A stretch of DNA of 64,000 bases, from positions 50,096,001 through 50,160,000 of the forward strand of contig OZ024740.1 of the NCBI GenBank assembly GCA_964016885.1. The letters run 5' to 3'. The notes below the pieces were generated by a model. That model was given only the letters and a program-made list of their open reading frames with translations. It did not search any database and had not been told where the DNA came from. Shown in pieces: positions 11,001 to 26,000 of the stretch. The DNA comes from Eledone cirrhosa. Taxonomy: Eukaryota. The stretch's first letter is position 1, and each line of letters opens with the position of its first letter. The position numbers were made by a program, and so were the translations under genes.

Positions 11001-14000
11001 AATAACAGACATGGTCTATAGATAAGGAACAACAGACATGGTCTATAAATAAGGAATAACAGACATGGTCTATAGATAAGGAACAACAGACATGGTCTGT
11101 AGATAAGGAATAACAGACATGGTCTATAGATAAGGAATAACAGACATGGTCTATAGATAAGGAACAACAGACATGGTCTATAGATAAGGAACAACAGACA
11201 TGGTCTGTAGATAAGGAACAAACATTGTCTGTAGATAAGGAATAACAGACATGGTCCCTAGATAAGGAACAACAGACATGGTCTGTAGATAAGGAACAAC
11301 AGACATGCTCTATAGATAAGGAACAAGACATGGTCTGTAGATAAGAAACAGGCATGGTCTGTAGATAAGGAACAACAGACATGGTCTGTAGGCAAGCAAC
11401 AAAAGACATGGTCTATAGATAAGGAACAAGACATGGTCTGTAGATAAGGAACTACAGACATGGTCTATAGATAAGGAATAACAGACATGGTCTATAGATA
11501 AGGAACAACAGACATGGTCTATAGATAAGGAATAACCGACATGGTCTATAGATAAGGAACAACAGACATGGTCTGTAGATAAGGAATAACAGACATGGTC
11601 TATAGATAAGGAACAACAGACATGGTCTATAGATAAGGAACAACAGACATGGTCTATAGATAAGGAATAACAGACATGATCTATAGATAATTAACAACAG
11701 ACATCGTCTATAGATAAGGAATAACAGACATGGTCTATAGATAAGGAACAACAGACATGGTCTGTAGATAAGGAATAACAGACATGGTCTATAGATAAGG
11801 AATAACAGACATGGTCTATAGATAAGCAACAACAGACATGGTCTGTAGATAAGGAACAAACGTTGTCTGTAGATAAGGAATAACAGACATGGTCTATAGA
11901 TAAGGAACAACAGACATGGTCTGTAGATAAGGAACAACAGACATGCTCTATAGATAAGGAACAAGACATGGTCTGTAGATAAGAAACAGGCATGGTCTGT
12001 AGATAAGGAACAACAGACATGGTCTGTAGGCAAGGAACAAAAGACATGGTCTATAGATAAGGAACAAGACATGGTCTGTAGATAAGGAATAACAGACATG
12101 GTCTATAGATAAGGAACAACAGACATGGTCTGTAGATAAGGAACAACAGACATGGTCTGTAGATAAGGAACAAACATGGTCTGTAGATAAGGAACAACAG
12201 ACATGGTCTATAGATAAGGAACAACAGACATGGTCTGTAGATAAGGAACAAACATGGTCTGTAGATAAGGAATAACAGACATGGTCTATAGATAAGGAAC
12301 AACAGACATGGTCTGTAGATAAGGAATAACAGACATGGTCTATAGATAAGGAACAACAGACATGGTCTGTAGATAAGGAACAACAGACATGGTCTGTAGA
12401 TAAGGAACAAACATGGTCTGTAGATAAGGAACAACAGACATGGTCTATAGATAAGGAACAACAGACATGGTCTGTAGATAAGGAACAAACATGGTCTGTA
12501 GATAAGGAATAACAGACATGGTCTATAGATAAGGAACAACAGACATGGTCTGTAGATAAGGAATAACAGACATGGTCTATAGATAAGGAACAACAGACAT
12601 GGTCTGTAGATAAAGAACAACAGACATGGTCTGTAGATAGGGAACAAACATGGTCTGTAGATAAGGAATAACAGACATGGTCTATAGATAAGGTACAACA
12701 AACATGTTCTGTATATAAGGAACAACAGACATGGTCTGTAGGTAAGGAACAACAGACATGGTCTGTAGATAAGGAACAACAGACATGGTCTGTAGATAAG
12801 GAACAGACATGGTCTGTAGATAAGGAATAACAGACATGGTCTATAGATAAGGAACAACAGACATGGTCTATAGATAAGGAACAAACATGGTCTATAGTTA
12901 AGGAACAACAAACATGGTCTGTATATAAGGAACAACAAACATGGTCTATAGATAAGGAACAAACATGGTCTGCAGATAAGGAACAATAAACATGGTCTGT
13001 AGATAAGGAATAAAAGACATGGTCTATAGATAAGGAACAACAGACATGGTCTGTAGATAAGGTACAACAAACATGGTCTGTAGATAAGGAACAACAGACA
13101 TGGTCTGGAGGTAAGGAACAACAGACATGGTCTGTAGATAAGGAACAACAGACATGGTCTGTAGATAAGGAACAACAGACATGGTCTATAGATAAGGAAT
13201 AAAAGACATGGTCTATAGATAAGGAACAACAGACATGGTCTGTAGATAAGGAACAAGACATGGTCTGTAGATAAGGAACAACAGACATGGACTGTAGGTA
13301 AGGAACAACAAACATGGTCTGTAGATAAGGAATAACAGACATGGTCTATAGATAAGGAACAACAGACAAGGTCTGTAGATAAGGAACAAGACATGGTCTG
13401 TAGATAAGGAAGAACAGACATGGTCTGTAGATAAGGAATAACAGACATGGTCTGTAGATAAGGAACAACAGACAGTCTGTAGATAAGGAATAACAGACAT
13501 GGTCTGTAGATAAGGTACAACAGACATGGTCTGTAGATAGGGAACGACAGACAGTCTGTAGATAAGGAGCAACAGACATGGTCTGTAGATAAGGAACAAG
13601 ACATGGTCTATAGATAAGGAACAACATACATGGTCTGTAGGTAAGGAACAACAGACATGGTCTGTAGATAAGGAACAACAGACATGGTCTATAGATAAGG
13701 AACAACAGACATGGTCTGTAGATAAGGAATAACAGACATGGTCTATAGATAAGGAACAACAGACATGGTCTGTAGGTAAGGAACAAAAGACATTGTCTAT
13801 AGATAAGGAATAACAGACATGGTCTATAGATAAGGAACAACAGACATGGTCTGTAGATAAGGAACAACAGACATGGTCCGTAGATAAGGAACAAACATGG
13901 TCTGTAGATAAGGAAGAACAAACATGGTCTGTAGATAAGGAACAACAGACATGGTCTATAGATAAGGAACAACAGACATGGTCTGTAGATAAAGAACAAA

Positions 14001-17000
14001 CATGGTCTGTAGAAAAGGAATAACAGACATGGTCTATAGATAAGGAACAACAGACATGGTCTGTAGATAAGGAATAACAGACATGGTCTATAGATAAGGA
14101 ACAACAGACATGGTCTGTAGATAAGGAACAACAGACATGGTCTATAGATAAGGAACAACAGACATGGTCTGTAGATAAGGAACAACAGACATGGTCTGTA
14201 GATAAGGAACAAACATGGTCTGTAGATAAGGAACAACAAACATGGTCTGTAGATAAGGAACAACAGACATGGTCTGTAGATAAGGAACAAACATGGTCTG
14301 TAGATAAGGAATAACAGACATGGTCCATAGATAAGGTACAACAAACATGTTCTGTATATACGGAACAAAAGACATGGTCTGTAGGTAAGGAACAACAGAC
14401 ATGGTCTGTAGATAAGGAACAACAGACATGGTCTGTAGATAAGGAACAACAGACATGGTCTGTAGATAAGGAACAGACATGGTCTGTAGATAAGGAATAA
14501 CAGACATGGTCTATAGATAAGGAACAACAGACATGGTCTATAGATAAGGAACAAACACGGTCTGTAGTTAAGGAACAACAAACATGGTCTGTAGATAAGG
14601 AACAACAAACATGGTCTGTAGATTAGGAACAACAGACATCGTCTGTAGATAAGGAACAACAGACATGGTCTATAGATAAGGAACAAACATGGTCTGCAGA
14701 TAAGGAACAACAAACATGGTCTGTAGATAAGGAATAACAGACATGGTCTATAGATAAGGAACAACAAACATGGTCTATAGATGAGGAACAACAGACATGG
14801 TCTGTAGATAAGGAACAACAGACATGGTCCGTAGATAAGGAACAAACATGGTCTGTAGATAAGGAACAACAGACATGGTCTATAGATAAGGAACAACAGA
14901 CATGGTCTGTAGATAAAGAACGAACATGGTCTGTAGAAAAGGAATAACAGACATGGTCTATAGATAAGGAACAACAGACATGGTCTGTAGATAAGGAATA
15001 ACAGACATGGTCTATAGATAAGGAACAACAGACTTGGTCTGTAGATAAGGAACAACAGACATGGTCTATAGATAAGGAATAACAGACATGATCTATAGAT
15101 AAGGAACAACAGACATGGTCTATAGATAAGGAACAACAGACATGGTCTATAGATAAGGAACAACAGACATGGTCTGTAGGTAAGGAACAACAGACATGGT
15201 CTGTAGATAAGGAACAACAGACATGGTCTGTAGATAAGGAACAACAGACATGGTCTGTAGATAAGGAACAAACATGGTCTGTAGAAAAGGAAGAACAGAC
15301 ATGGTCTATAGATAAGGAATAACAGACATGATCTATAGATAAGGAACAACAGACATGGTCTATAGATAAGGAACAACAGACATGGTCTGTAGATAAGGAA
15401 CAACAGACATGGTCCGTAGATAAGGAACAACAGACATGGTCTGTAGGTAAGGAACAACAAACATGGTCTCTAGATAAGGAATAACAGACATGGTCTATAG
15501 ATAAGGAACAACAGACAAGGTCTGTAGATAAGGAACAAGACATGGTCTGTAGATAAGGAAGAACAGACATGGTCTGTAGATAAGGAATAACAGACATGGT
15601 CTGTAGATAAGGAACAACAGACAGTCTGTAGATAAGGAATAACAGACATGGTCTGTAGATAAGGTACAACAGACATGGTCTGTAGATAGGGAACAACAGA
15701 CATGGTCTGTAGGTAAGGAACAAAAGACATTGTCTATAGATAAGGAACAAGACATGGTCTGTAGATAAAGAACAACATACATGGTCTATAGATAAGGAAT
15801 AACAGACATGGTCTATAGATAAGGAACAACAGACATGCACTGTAGATAAGGAACAACAGACATGGTCCGTAGATAAGGAACAAACATGGTCTGTAGATAA
15901 GGAACAACAGACATGGTCTATAGATAAGGAACAACAGACATGGTCTGTAGATAAGGAACAAACATGGTCTGTAGAAAAGGAATAACAGACATGGTCTATA
16001 GATAAGGAATAACAGACATGATCTATAGATAAGGAACAACAGACATGGTCTATAGATAAGGAACGACAGACATGGGCTGTAGATAAGAGACAGACATGGT
16101 CTATAGATAACGAACAGACATGGTCTGTAGATAAGGAACAACAGACATGGTCTGTAGATAAGGAACAACAGACATGGTCTGTAGATAAGGAACAACAAAT
16201 ATGGTCTATAGATAAGGAACACAAGGCATAATCTGTAGATAAGGAACAACAGACATGGTCTGTAGATAAGGAACAAACATTGTCTGTAGATACGGAATAA
16301 CAGACATGGTCTATAGATAAGGAACAACAGACATGGTCTCTAGATAAGGAACAACAGACATGGTCTGTAGATAAGGAACAACAGACATGCTCTATAGATA
16401 AGGAACAAGACATGGTCTGTAGATAAGAAACAGGAATGTTCTGTAGATAAGGAACAACAGACATGGTCTGTAGGCAAGGAACAAAAGACATGGTCTATAG
16501 ATAAGGAACAAGACATGGTCTGTAGATAAGGAACAACAGACATGGTCTATAGATAAGGAACAACAGACATGGTCTATAGATAAAGAACAACAGACATGGT
16601 CTATGGATAAGGAATAACAGACATGGTCTGTAGGTAAGGAACAACAAACATGGTCTATAGATAAGGAGCAACAGACATGGTCTGTAGATAAGGAATAACA
16701 GACATGGTCTATAGATAAGGAACAACAGACATGGTCTGTAGATAAGGAACAACAAACATGGTCTATAGATAAGGAATAACAGACATGGTCTGTAGATAAG
16801 GAACGACAAACATGGTCAATAGATAGGGAACAACAGACTTGGTCTGTAGATAAGGAATAACAGACATGCTCTGTAGATAAGGAACAACAGACATGGTCCG
16901 TAGATAAGGAACAACAAACATGGTCTATAGATAAGGAATAACAGACATGGTCTGTAGATAAGGAACAACAGACATGGTCTGTAGATAAGGAACAACAGAC

Positions 17001-20000
17001 ATGGTCTATAGATAAGGAACAACAGACATGGTCTGTAGATACGGAACAACAGACATGGTCTATAGATAAGGAGCAACAGACATGGTCTGTAGATAAGGAA
17101 CAACAGACATGGTCTGTAGATAAGGAACAATAGACAGTCTGTAGATAAGGAACAACAGACGCGGTCTGTAGATAAGGAACACAAGACATGGTCTATAGAT
17201 AAGGAACACAAGACATAGTCTGTAGATAAGGAACAATAGACATAGTCTGTAGATAAGGAACAACAGCAAGGTCTGTAGATAAGGAACAACAAATATGGTC
17301 TGTAGATAAGGAACAACAAATATGGTCTGTAGATAAGGAACAAACATGGTCTATACATAAGGAACAGACATGGTCTATAGATAAGGAACAACAGACATGG
17401 TCTGTAGATAAGAAATAACAGACAAAGTCTATTGATCAGGAACAGACATTGATAAGGAACAACAGACAGTCTGTACATAAGGAATAACAGACATTGTCTA
17501 TAGATAAGGAACAACAGACATAGTCTGTAGATAAGGAACAACATACATGGTCTGTAGATAAGGAACAACAGACATGGTCTGTAGATAAGGAGCAACAGAC
17601 ATGGTCTGTAGATAAGGAACAATAGACATGGTCTATAGATAAGGAACAAGACATGGTCTGTAGATAAGGAACAACAGATATGGTCTGTAGGTAAGGAACA
17701 ACAGACATGGTCTGTAGATAAGGAACAAAAGACATGGTCTGTAGATAAGGAACAAGACATGGTCTGTAGATAAGGAACAACAGACATGGTCTATAGATAA
17801 GGAATAACAGACATGGTCTGTAGGTAAGGAACAACAGACATGGTCTATAGATAAGGAACAAGACATGGTCTATAGATAAGAAATAACAGACATGGTCTAT
17901 AGATAAGGAACAACAGACATGGTCTATAGATAAGGAACAAGACATGGTCGGTAGATAAGGAACAACAGACATGGTCTGTAGATAAGGAACAACAGACATG
18001 GTCTGTAGGTAAGTAACAACAGACATGGTCAATAGATAAGGAACACAAGACATACTCTGTAGATAAGGAACAACAGACATGGTTTGTAGATAAGGAATAA
18101 CAGACATGGTCTATAGATAAGGAACAAGACATTGTCTGTAGATAAGGAACAACAGACATGGTCCGTAGGTAAGGAACAACAGACATGGTCTGTAGGTAAG
18201 GAACAACAGACATGGTCTGTAGGTAAGGAACAACAGACATGGTCTATAGATAAGGCACAACAGACTTCGTCTGTAGATAAGGAACAACAAACATGGTCTG
18301 TAGATAAGGAACAACAGACATGGTCTATAGATAAGGAACAACAGACATGGTCTGTAGATAAGGAACAACAGACATGGTCTGTAGGTAAGGAACAACAGAC
18401 ATGGTCTATAGATAAGGAACAACAGACATGGTCTATAGATAAGGAATAACAGACATGGTCTATAGATAAGGAACAAGACATGGTCTATAGATAAGGAACA
18501 ACAGACATGGTCTATAGATAAGGAATAACAGACATGGTCTGTAGATAAGGTACAACAGACATGGTCTGTAAGTAAGGAACAACAGACATGGTCTATAGAT
18601 AAGGCACAACAGATATAATCTGTAGGTAAGGAACAACAGACATGGTCTGTAGATAAGGAACAACAGACATGGTCTATAGATAAGGAACAAGACATGGTCT
18701 GTAGATACGGAACAACAGACGTGGTCTGTAGATAAGGAATAACAGACATGGTCTGTAGATAAGGAACAACAGACAGTCTGTAGATAAGGAATAACAGACA
18801 TGGTCTGTAGATAAGGTACAACAGACATGGTCTGTAGATAAGGAACAACAGACAGTCTGTAGGTAAGGAGCAACAGACATGGTCTGTACATAAGGAACAA
18901 GACATGGTCTATAGATAAGGAACAACAGACATGGTCTGTAGATAAGGAATAACAGACATGGTCTATAGATAAGGAACAACAATCATGGTCTATAGATAAG
19001 GAATAACAGACATGGTCTATAGATAAGGAACAACAGACATGGTCTATAGATAAGGAACAACAGACATGGTCTGTAGATAAGGAAAAACGGATATGGTCTG
19101 TAGGTAAGGAACAACAGACATGGTCTATAGATAGGGAACAAACATGGTCTGTAGATAAGGAACAACATACATGGTCTATAGATAAGGAACAACAGCCGCG
19201 GTCTGTAGATAAGGAACAACAGACATGGTCTGTAGATAAGGAACAACAAACATGGTCTGTAGATAAGGAACAACAGACATGGTCTGTAGATAAGGAACAA
19301 CAGACATGGTCTGTAGATAATGTAAAACAGACATGGTCTGTAGATAAGGAACAAAAGACATGGTCTGTAGATAAGGAACAACAGACATGGTCTGTAGATA
19401 AGGTACAACAGACATGGTCTGTAGATAAGGAACAAAAGACATGGTCTGTAGATAAGGAACAAGACATGGTCTGTAGGTAAGGAAGAACAGACATGGTCTG
19501 TAGGTAAGGAACAACAGACATGGTCTGTAGATAAGGAACAACAGACATGGTCTGTAGATAAGGAACAACAGACATGGTCTATAGATAAGGAACAACAGAC
19601 ATGGTCTATAGATAAGGAATAACAGACATGGTCTGTAGGTAAGGAACAACAGACATGGTCTGTAGATAAGGAACAACAAACATGGTCTATATATAAGGAA
19701 TAACAGACATGGTCTGTAGATAAGGAACAACAGACATGGTCTGTAGATAAGGAACGACAACCATGGTCAATAGATAAGGAACAACAGACTTGGTCTGTAG
19801 ATAAGGAATAACAGACATGGTCTATAGATAAGGAACAACAGACATGGTCTGTAGATAAGGAACAACAAACATGGTCTATAGATAAGGAATAACAGACATG
19901 GTCTGTAGATAAGGAACAACAGATATGGTCTGTAGATAAGGAACAACAGACATGGTCTATAGATAAGGAACAACAGACATGGTCTGTAGATACGGAACAA

Positions 20001-23000
20001 CAGACATGGTCTAAAGATAAGGAGCAACAGACATGGTCTGTAGATAAGGAACAAGACATGGTCTGTAGATAAGGAACAACAGCCATGGTCTATAGATAAG
20101 GAATAACAGACATGGTCAGTAGGTAAGGAACAACAGACATGGTCTGTAGGTAAGGAACAACAGACATGGTCTATAGATAAGGAACAAGACATGGTCTATA
20201 GATAAGGAATAACAGACATGGTCTATAGATAAGGAACAACAGACATGGTCTATAGATAAGGAACAAGACATGGTCGGTAGATAAGGAACAACAGACATGG
20301 TCTGTAGATAAGGAACAACAGACATGGTCTGTAGATAAGGAATAACAGACATGGTCTATAGATAAGGAACAAGACATGGTCTGTAGATAAGGAACAACAG
20401 ACATGGTCTGTAGGTAAGGAACAACAGACATGGTCTGTAGGTAAGGAACAACAGATATGGTCTGTAGGTAAGGAGCAACAGACATGGTCTATAGATAAGG
20501 AGCAACAGACATGGTCTGTAGATAAGGAACAACAGACATCGTCTGTAGATAAGGAACAACAAACATGGTCTATAGATAAGGAACAACAGACATGGTCTAT
20601 AGATAAGGAACAACAGACATGGTCTGTAGATAAGGAACAACAGGCATGGTCTGTAGGTAAGGAACAACAGACATGGTCTATAGATAAGGCACAACAGATA
20701 TGGTCTGTAGGTAAGGAACAACAGACATTGTCTGTAGATAAGGAACAAGACATGGTCTGTAGATAAGGAACAACAGACATGGTCTGTAGATAAGGAATAA
20801 CAGACATGGTCTGTAGATAAGGAACAACAGACAGTCTGTAGATAAGAAATAACAGACATGGTCTGTAGATAAGGTACAACAGACATGGTCTGTAGATAAG
20901 GAACAACAGACATGGTCTGTAGATAAGGAACAACAGACATGGTCTGTAGATAAGGAACAAGACATGGTCTGTAGATAAGGAACAACAGACATGGTCTATA
21001 GATAAGGAATAACAGACATGGTCTGTAGGTAAGGAACAACAGACATGGTCTATAGATAAGGAACAAGACATGGTCTGTAGATAAGGAACAACAGACATGG
21101 TCTGTAGGTAAGGAACAACAGACATGGTCTATAGATAAGGAACAAGACATGGTCTATAGATAAGGAATAACAGACATGGTCTATAGATAAGGAACAACAG
21201 ACATGGTCTATAGATAAGGAAGAAGACATGGTCGGTAGATAAGGAACAACAGACATGGTCTATAGATAAGGCACAACAGACATCGTCTGTAGATAAGGAA
21301 CAACAGACATGGTCTGTAGATAAGGAATAACAGACATGGTCTGTAGATAAGGAACAACAGACAGTCTGTAGATAATGAATAACAGACATGGTCTGTAGAT
21401 AAGGTACAACAGACATGGTCTGTAGATAAGGAACAACAGACAGTCTGTAGGTAAGGAGCAACAGACATGGTCTGTAGATAAGGAACAAGACATGGTCTAT
21501 AGATAAGGAACAACAGACATGGTCTGTAGGTAGGGAACAACAGACATGGTCTGTAGATAAGGAACAACAGACATGGTCTGTAGATAAGGAATAACAGACA
21601 TGGTCTATAGATAAGGAACAACAGACATGGTCTATAGATAAGGAACAACAGACATGGTCTGTAGATAAGGAACAACAGACATGGTCTATAGATAAGGAAC
21701 AACAGACATGCTCTGTAGATAAGGAAAAATAGACATGGTCTGTAGGTAAGGAACAACAGACATGGTCTATAGATAAGGAACAAACATGGTCTTTTAGATA
21801 AGGAACAACATACATGGTCTATAGATAACGAACAACAGCCGCGGTCTGTAGATAAGGAACAACAGACATGGTCTGTAGGTAAGGAACAACAGACATGGTC
21901 TGTAGATAAGGAACAACAGACATGGTCTGTAGATAATGTAAAACCGACATGGTCTGTAGATAAGGAACAAAAGACATGGTCTGTAGATAAGGAACAACAG
22001 ACATGGTCTGTAGATAAGGTACAACAGACATGGTCTGTAGATAAGGAACAAAAGACATGGTCTGTAGATAAGGAACAAGACATGGTCTGTAGGTAAGGAA
22101 TAACAGACATGGTCTGTAGGTAAGGAACAACAGACATGGTCTGTAGATAAGGAACAACAGACATGGTCTGTAGATAAGGAACAACAGACATGGTCTATAG
22201 ATAAGGAACAACAGACATGGTCTATAGATAAGGAATAACAGACATGGTCTGTAGGTAAGGAACAACAGACATGGTCTGTAGATAAGGAACAACAAACATG
22301 GTCTATAGATAAGGAATAACAGACATGGTCGGTAGATAAGGAACAACAGACATGGACTGTAGATAAGGAACGACAAACATGGTCAATAGATAAGGAACAA
22401 CAGACTTGGTCTGTAGATAAGGAATAACAGACATGGTCTATAGATAAGGAACAACAGACATGGTCTGTAGATAAGGAACAACGAACATGGTCTATAGGTA
22501 AGGAATAACAGACATGGTCTGTAGATAAGGAACAACAGACATGGTCTGTAGATAAGGAACAACAGACATGGTCTATAGATAAGGAACAACAGACATGGTC
22601 TGTAGATACGGAACAACAGACATGGTCTATAGATAAGGAGCAACAGACATGGTCTGTAGATAAGGAACAAGACATGGTCTGTAGATAAGGAATAACAGAC
22701 ATGGTCTGTAGATAAGGAACAATAGACAGTCTGTAGATAAGGAACAACAGACGCGGTCTGTAGATAAGCAACACAAGACATGGTCTATAGATAAGGAACA
22801 CAAGACATAGTCTGTAGATAAGGAACAATAGACATAGTCTGTAGATAAGGAACAACAGACATGGTCTGTAGATAAGGAACAACAAATATGGTCTGTAGAT
22901 AAGGAACAACAAATATGGTCTGTAGATAAGGAACAAACATGGTCTATACATAAGGAACAGACATGGTCTATAGATAAGGAACAACAGACATGGTCTGTAG

Positions 23001-26000
23001 ATAAGAAACAACAGACAAAGTCTATTGATCAGGAACAGACATGGTTTATAAATAAGAAACAACAGACATGGTCTGTAGATAAGGAAAAACAGACAGTCTG
23101 TAGATAAGGAATAACAGACATTGTCTATAGATAAGGAACACCAGACATGGTCTGTAGATAAGGAACAAAAGACATGGTCTATAGATAAGGAACAAGACAT
23201 GGTCTGTAGATAAGGAACAACAGACATGGTCTGTAGGTAAGGAACAACAGACATGGTCTGTAGATAAGGAACAAAAGACATGGTCTGTAGATAAGGAACA
23301 AGACATGGTCTGTAGATAAGGAACAACAGACATGGTCTATAGATAAGGAACAACAGACATGGTCTGTAGATATGGAATAACAGACATGGTCTATAGATAA
23401 GGAACAACAAACATGGTCTATAGATAAGGAATAACAGACATGGTCTATAGATAAGGAACAACAGACATGGTCTATAGATAAGGAACAACAGACATGGTCT
23501 GTAGATAAGGAAAAACAGACATGGTCTGTAGGTAAGGAACAACAGACATGGTCTATAGATAAGGAACAAAGATGGTCTGTAGATAAGGAACAACATACAT
23601 GGTCTATAGATAAGGAACAACAGCCGCGGTCTGTAGATAAGGAACAACAGACATGGTCTGTAGGTAAGGAACAACAGACATGGTCTGTAGATAAGGAACA
23701 ACAGACATGGTCTGTAGATAATGTAAAACAGACATGGTCTGTAGATAAGGAACAAAAGACATGGTCTGTAGATAAGGAACAACAGACATGGTCTGTAGAT
23801 AAGGTACAACAGACATGGTCTGTAGATAAGGAACAAAAGACATGGTCTGTAGATAAGGAACAAGACATGGTCTGTAGGTAAGGAATAACAGACATGGTCT
23901 GTAGGTAAGGAACAACAGACATGGTCTGTAGATAAGGAACAACAGACATGGTCTATAGATAAGGAACAACAGACATGGTCTATAGATAAGGAATAACAAA
24001 CATGGTCTGTAGGTAAGGAACAACAGACATGGTCTGTAGATAAGGAACAACAAACATGGTCTATAGATAAGGAATAACAGACATGGTCGGTAGATAAGGA
24101 ACAACAGACATGGTCTGTAGATAAGGAACGACAAACATGGTCAATAGATAAGGAACAACAGACTTGGTCTGTAGATAAGGAATAACAGACATGGTCTGTA
24201 GATAAGGAACAACAGACATGGTCTATAGATAAGGAACAACAGACATGGTCTGTAGATAAGGAACAACGAACATGGTCTATAGATAAGGAATAACAGACAT
24301 GGTCTGTAGATAAGGAACAACAGACATGGTCTGTAGATAAGGAACAACAGACATGGTCTATAGATAAGGAACAACAGACATGGTCTGTAGATAAGGAAAA
24401 ACAGACATGGTCTGTAGGTAAGGAACAACAGACATGGTCTATAGATAAGGAACAAACATGGTCTGTAGATAAGGAACAACATACATGGTCTATAGATAAG
24501 GAACAACAGCCGCGGTCTCTAGATAAGGAACAACAGACATGGTCTGTAGGTAAGGAACAACAGACATGGTCTGTAGATAAGGAACAACAGACATGGTATG
24601 TAGATAATGTAAAACAGACATGGTCTATAGATAAGGAACAACAGACATGGTCTATAGATAAGGAATAACAGACATGGTCTGTAGATAAGGAACAACAAAC
24701 ATGGTCTATAGATAAGGAATAACAGACATGGTCTGTAGATAAGGAACAACAGACATGGTCTGTAGATAAGGAACGACAAACATGGTCAATAGATAAGGAA
24801 CAACAGACTTGGTCTGTAGATAAGGAATAACAGACATGGTCTATATATAAGGAACAACAGACATGGTCTGTAGATAAGGAACAACAAACATGGTCTATAG
24901 ATAAGGAATAACAGACATGGTCTGTAGATAAGGAACAACAGACATGGTCTGTAGATAAGGAACAACAGACATGGTCTATAGATAAGGAACAACAGACATG
25001 GTCTTTAGATACGGAACAACAGACATGGTCTATAGATAAGGAGCAACAGACATGGTCTGTAGATAAGGAACAATAGACAGTCTGTAGATAAGGAACAACA
25101 GACGCGGTCTGTAGATAAGCAACACAAGACTTGGTCTATAGATAAGGAACACAAGACATAGTCTGTAGATAAGGAACAATAGACATAGTCTGTAGATAAG
25201 GAAAAACAGACATGGTCTGTAGATAAGGAACAACAAATATGGTCTGTAGATAAGGAACAACAAATATGGTCTGTACATAAGGAACAAACATGGTCTATAC
25301 ATAAGGAACAGACATGGTCTATAGATAAGGAACAACAGACATGGTCTGTAGATAAGAAACAACAGACAAAGTCTATTGATCAGGAACAGACATGGTTTAT
25401 AGATAAGAAACAACAGACATGGTCTGTAGATAAGGAACAACAGACAGTCTGTAGATAGGGAATAACAGACATTGTCTATAGATAAGGAACAACAGACATG
25501 GCTGTAGATAAGGAACAAGAGACATGGTCTATAGATAAGGAACAAGACATGGTCTGTAGATAAGGAACAACAGACATGGTCTGTAGGTAAGGAACAACAG
25601 ACATGGTCTGTAGATAAGGAACAAAAGACATGGTCTGTAGATAACGAACAAGACATGGTCTGTAGATAAGGAACAACAGACATGGTCTATAGATAAGGAT
25701 TAACAGACATGGTCTGTAGGTAAGGAACAACAGACATGGTCTATAGATAAGGAACAAGACATGGTCTGTAGATAAGGAACAACAGACATGGTCTGTAGGT
25801 AAGGAACAACAGACATGGTCTATAGATAAGGAACAAGACATGGTCTATAGATAAGGAATAACAGACATGGTCTATAGATAAGGAACAACAGACATGGTCT
25901 ATAGATAAGGAACAAGACAAGGTCTGTAGATAAGGAACAACAGACATGGTCTGTAGATAAGGAACAACAGACATGGTCTGTAGGTAAGTAACAACAGACA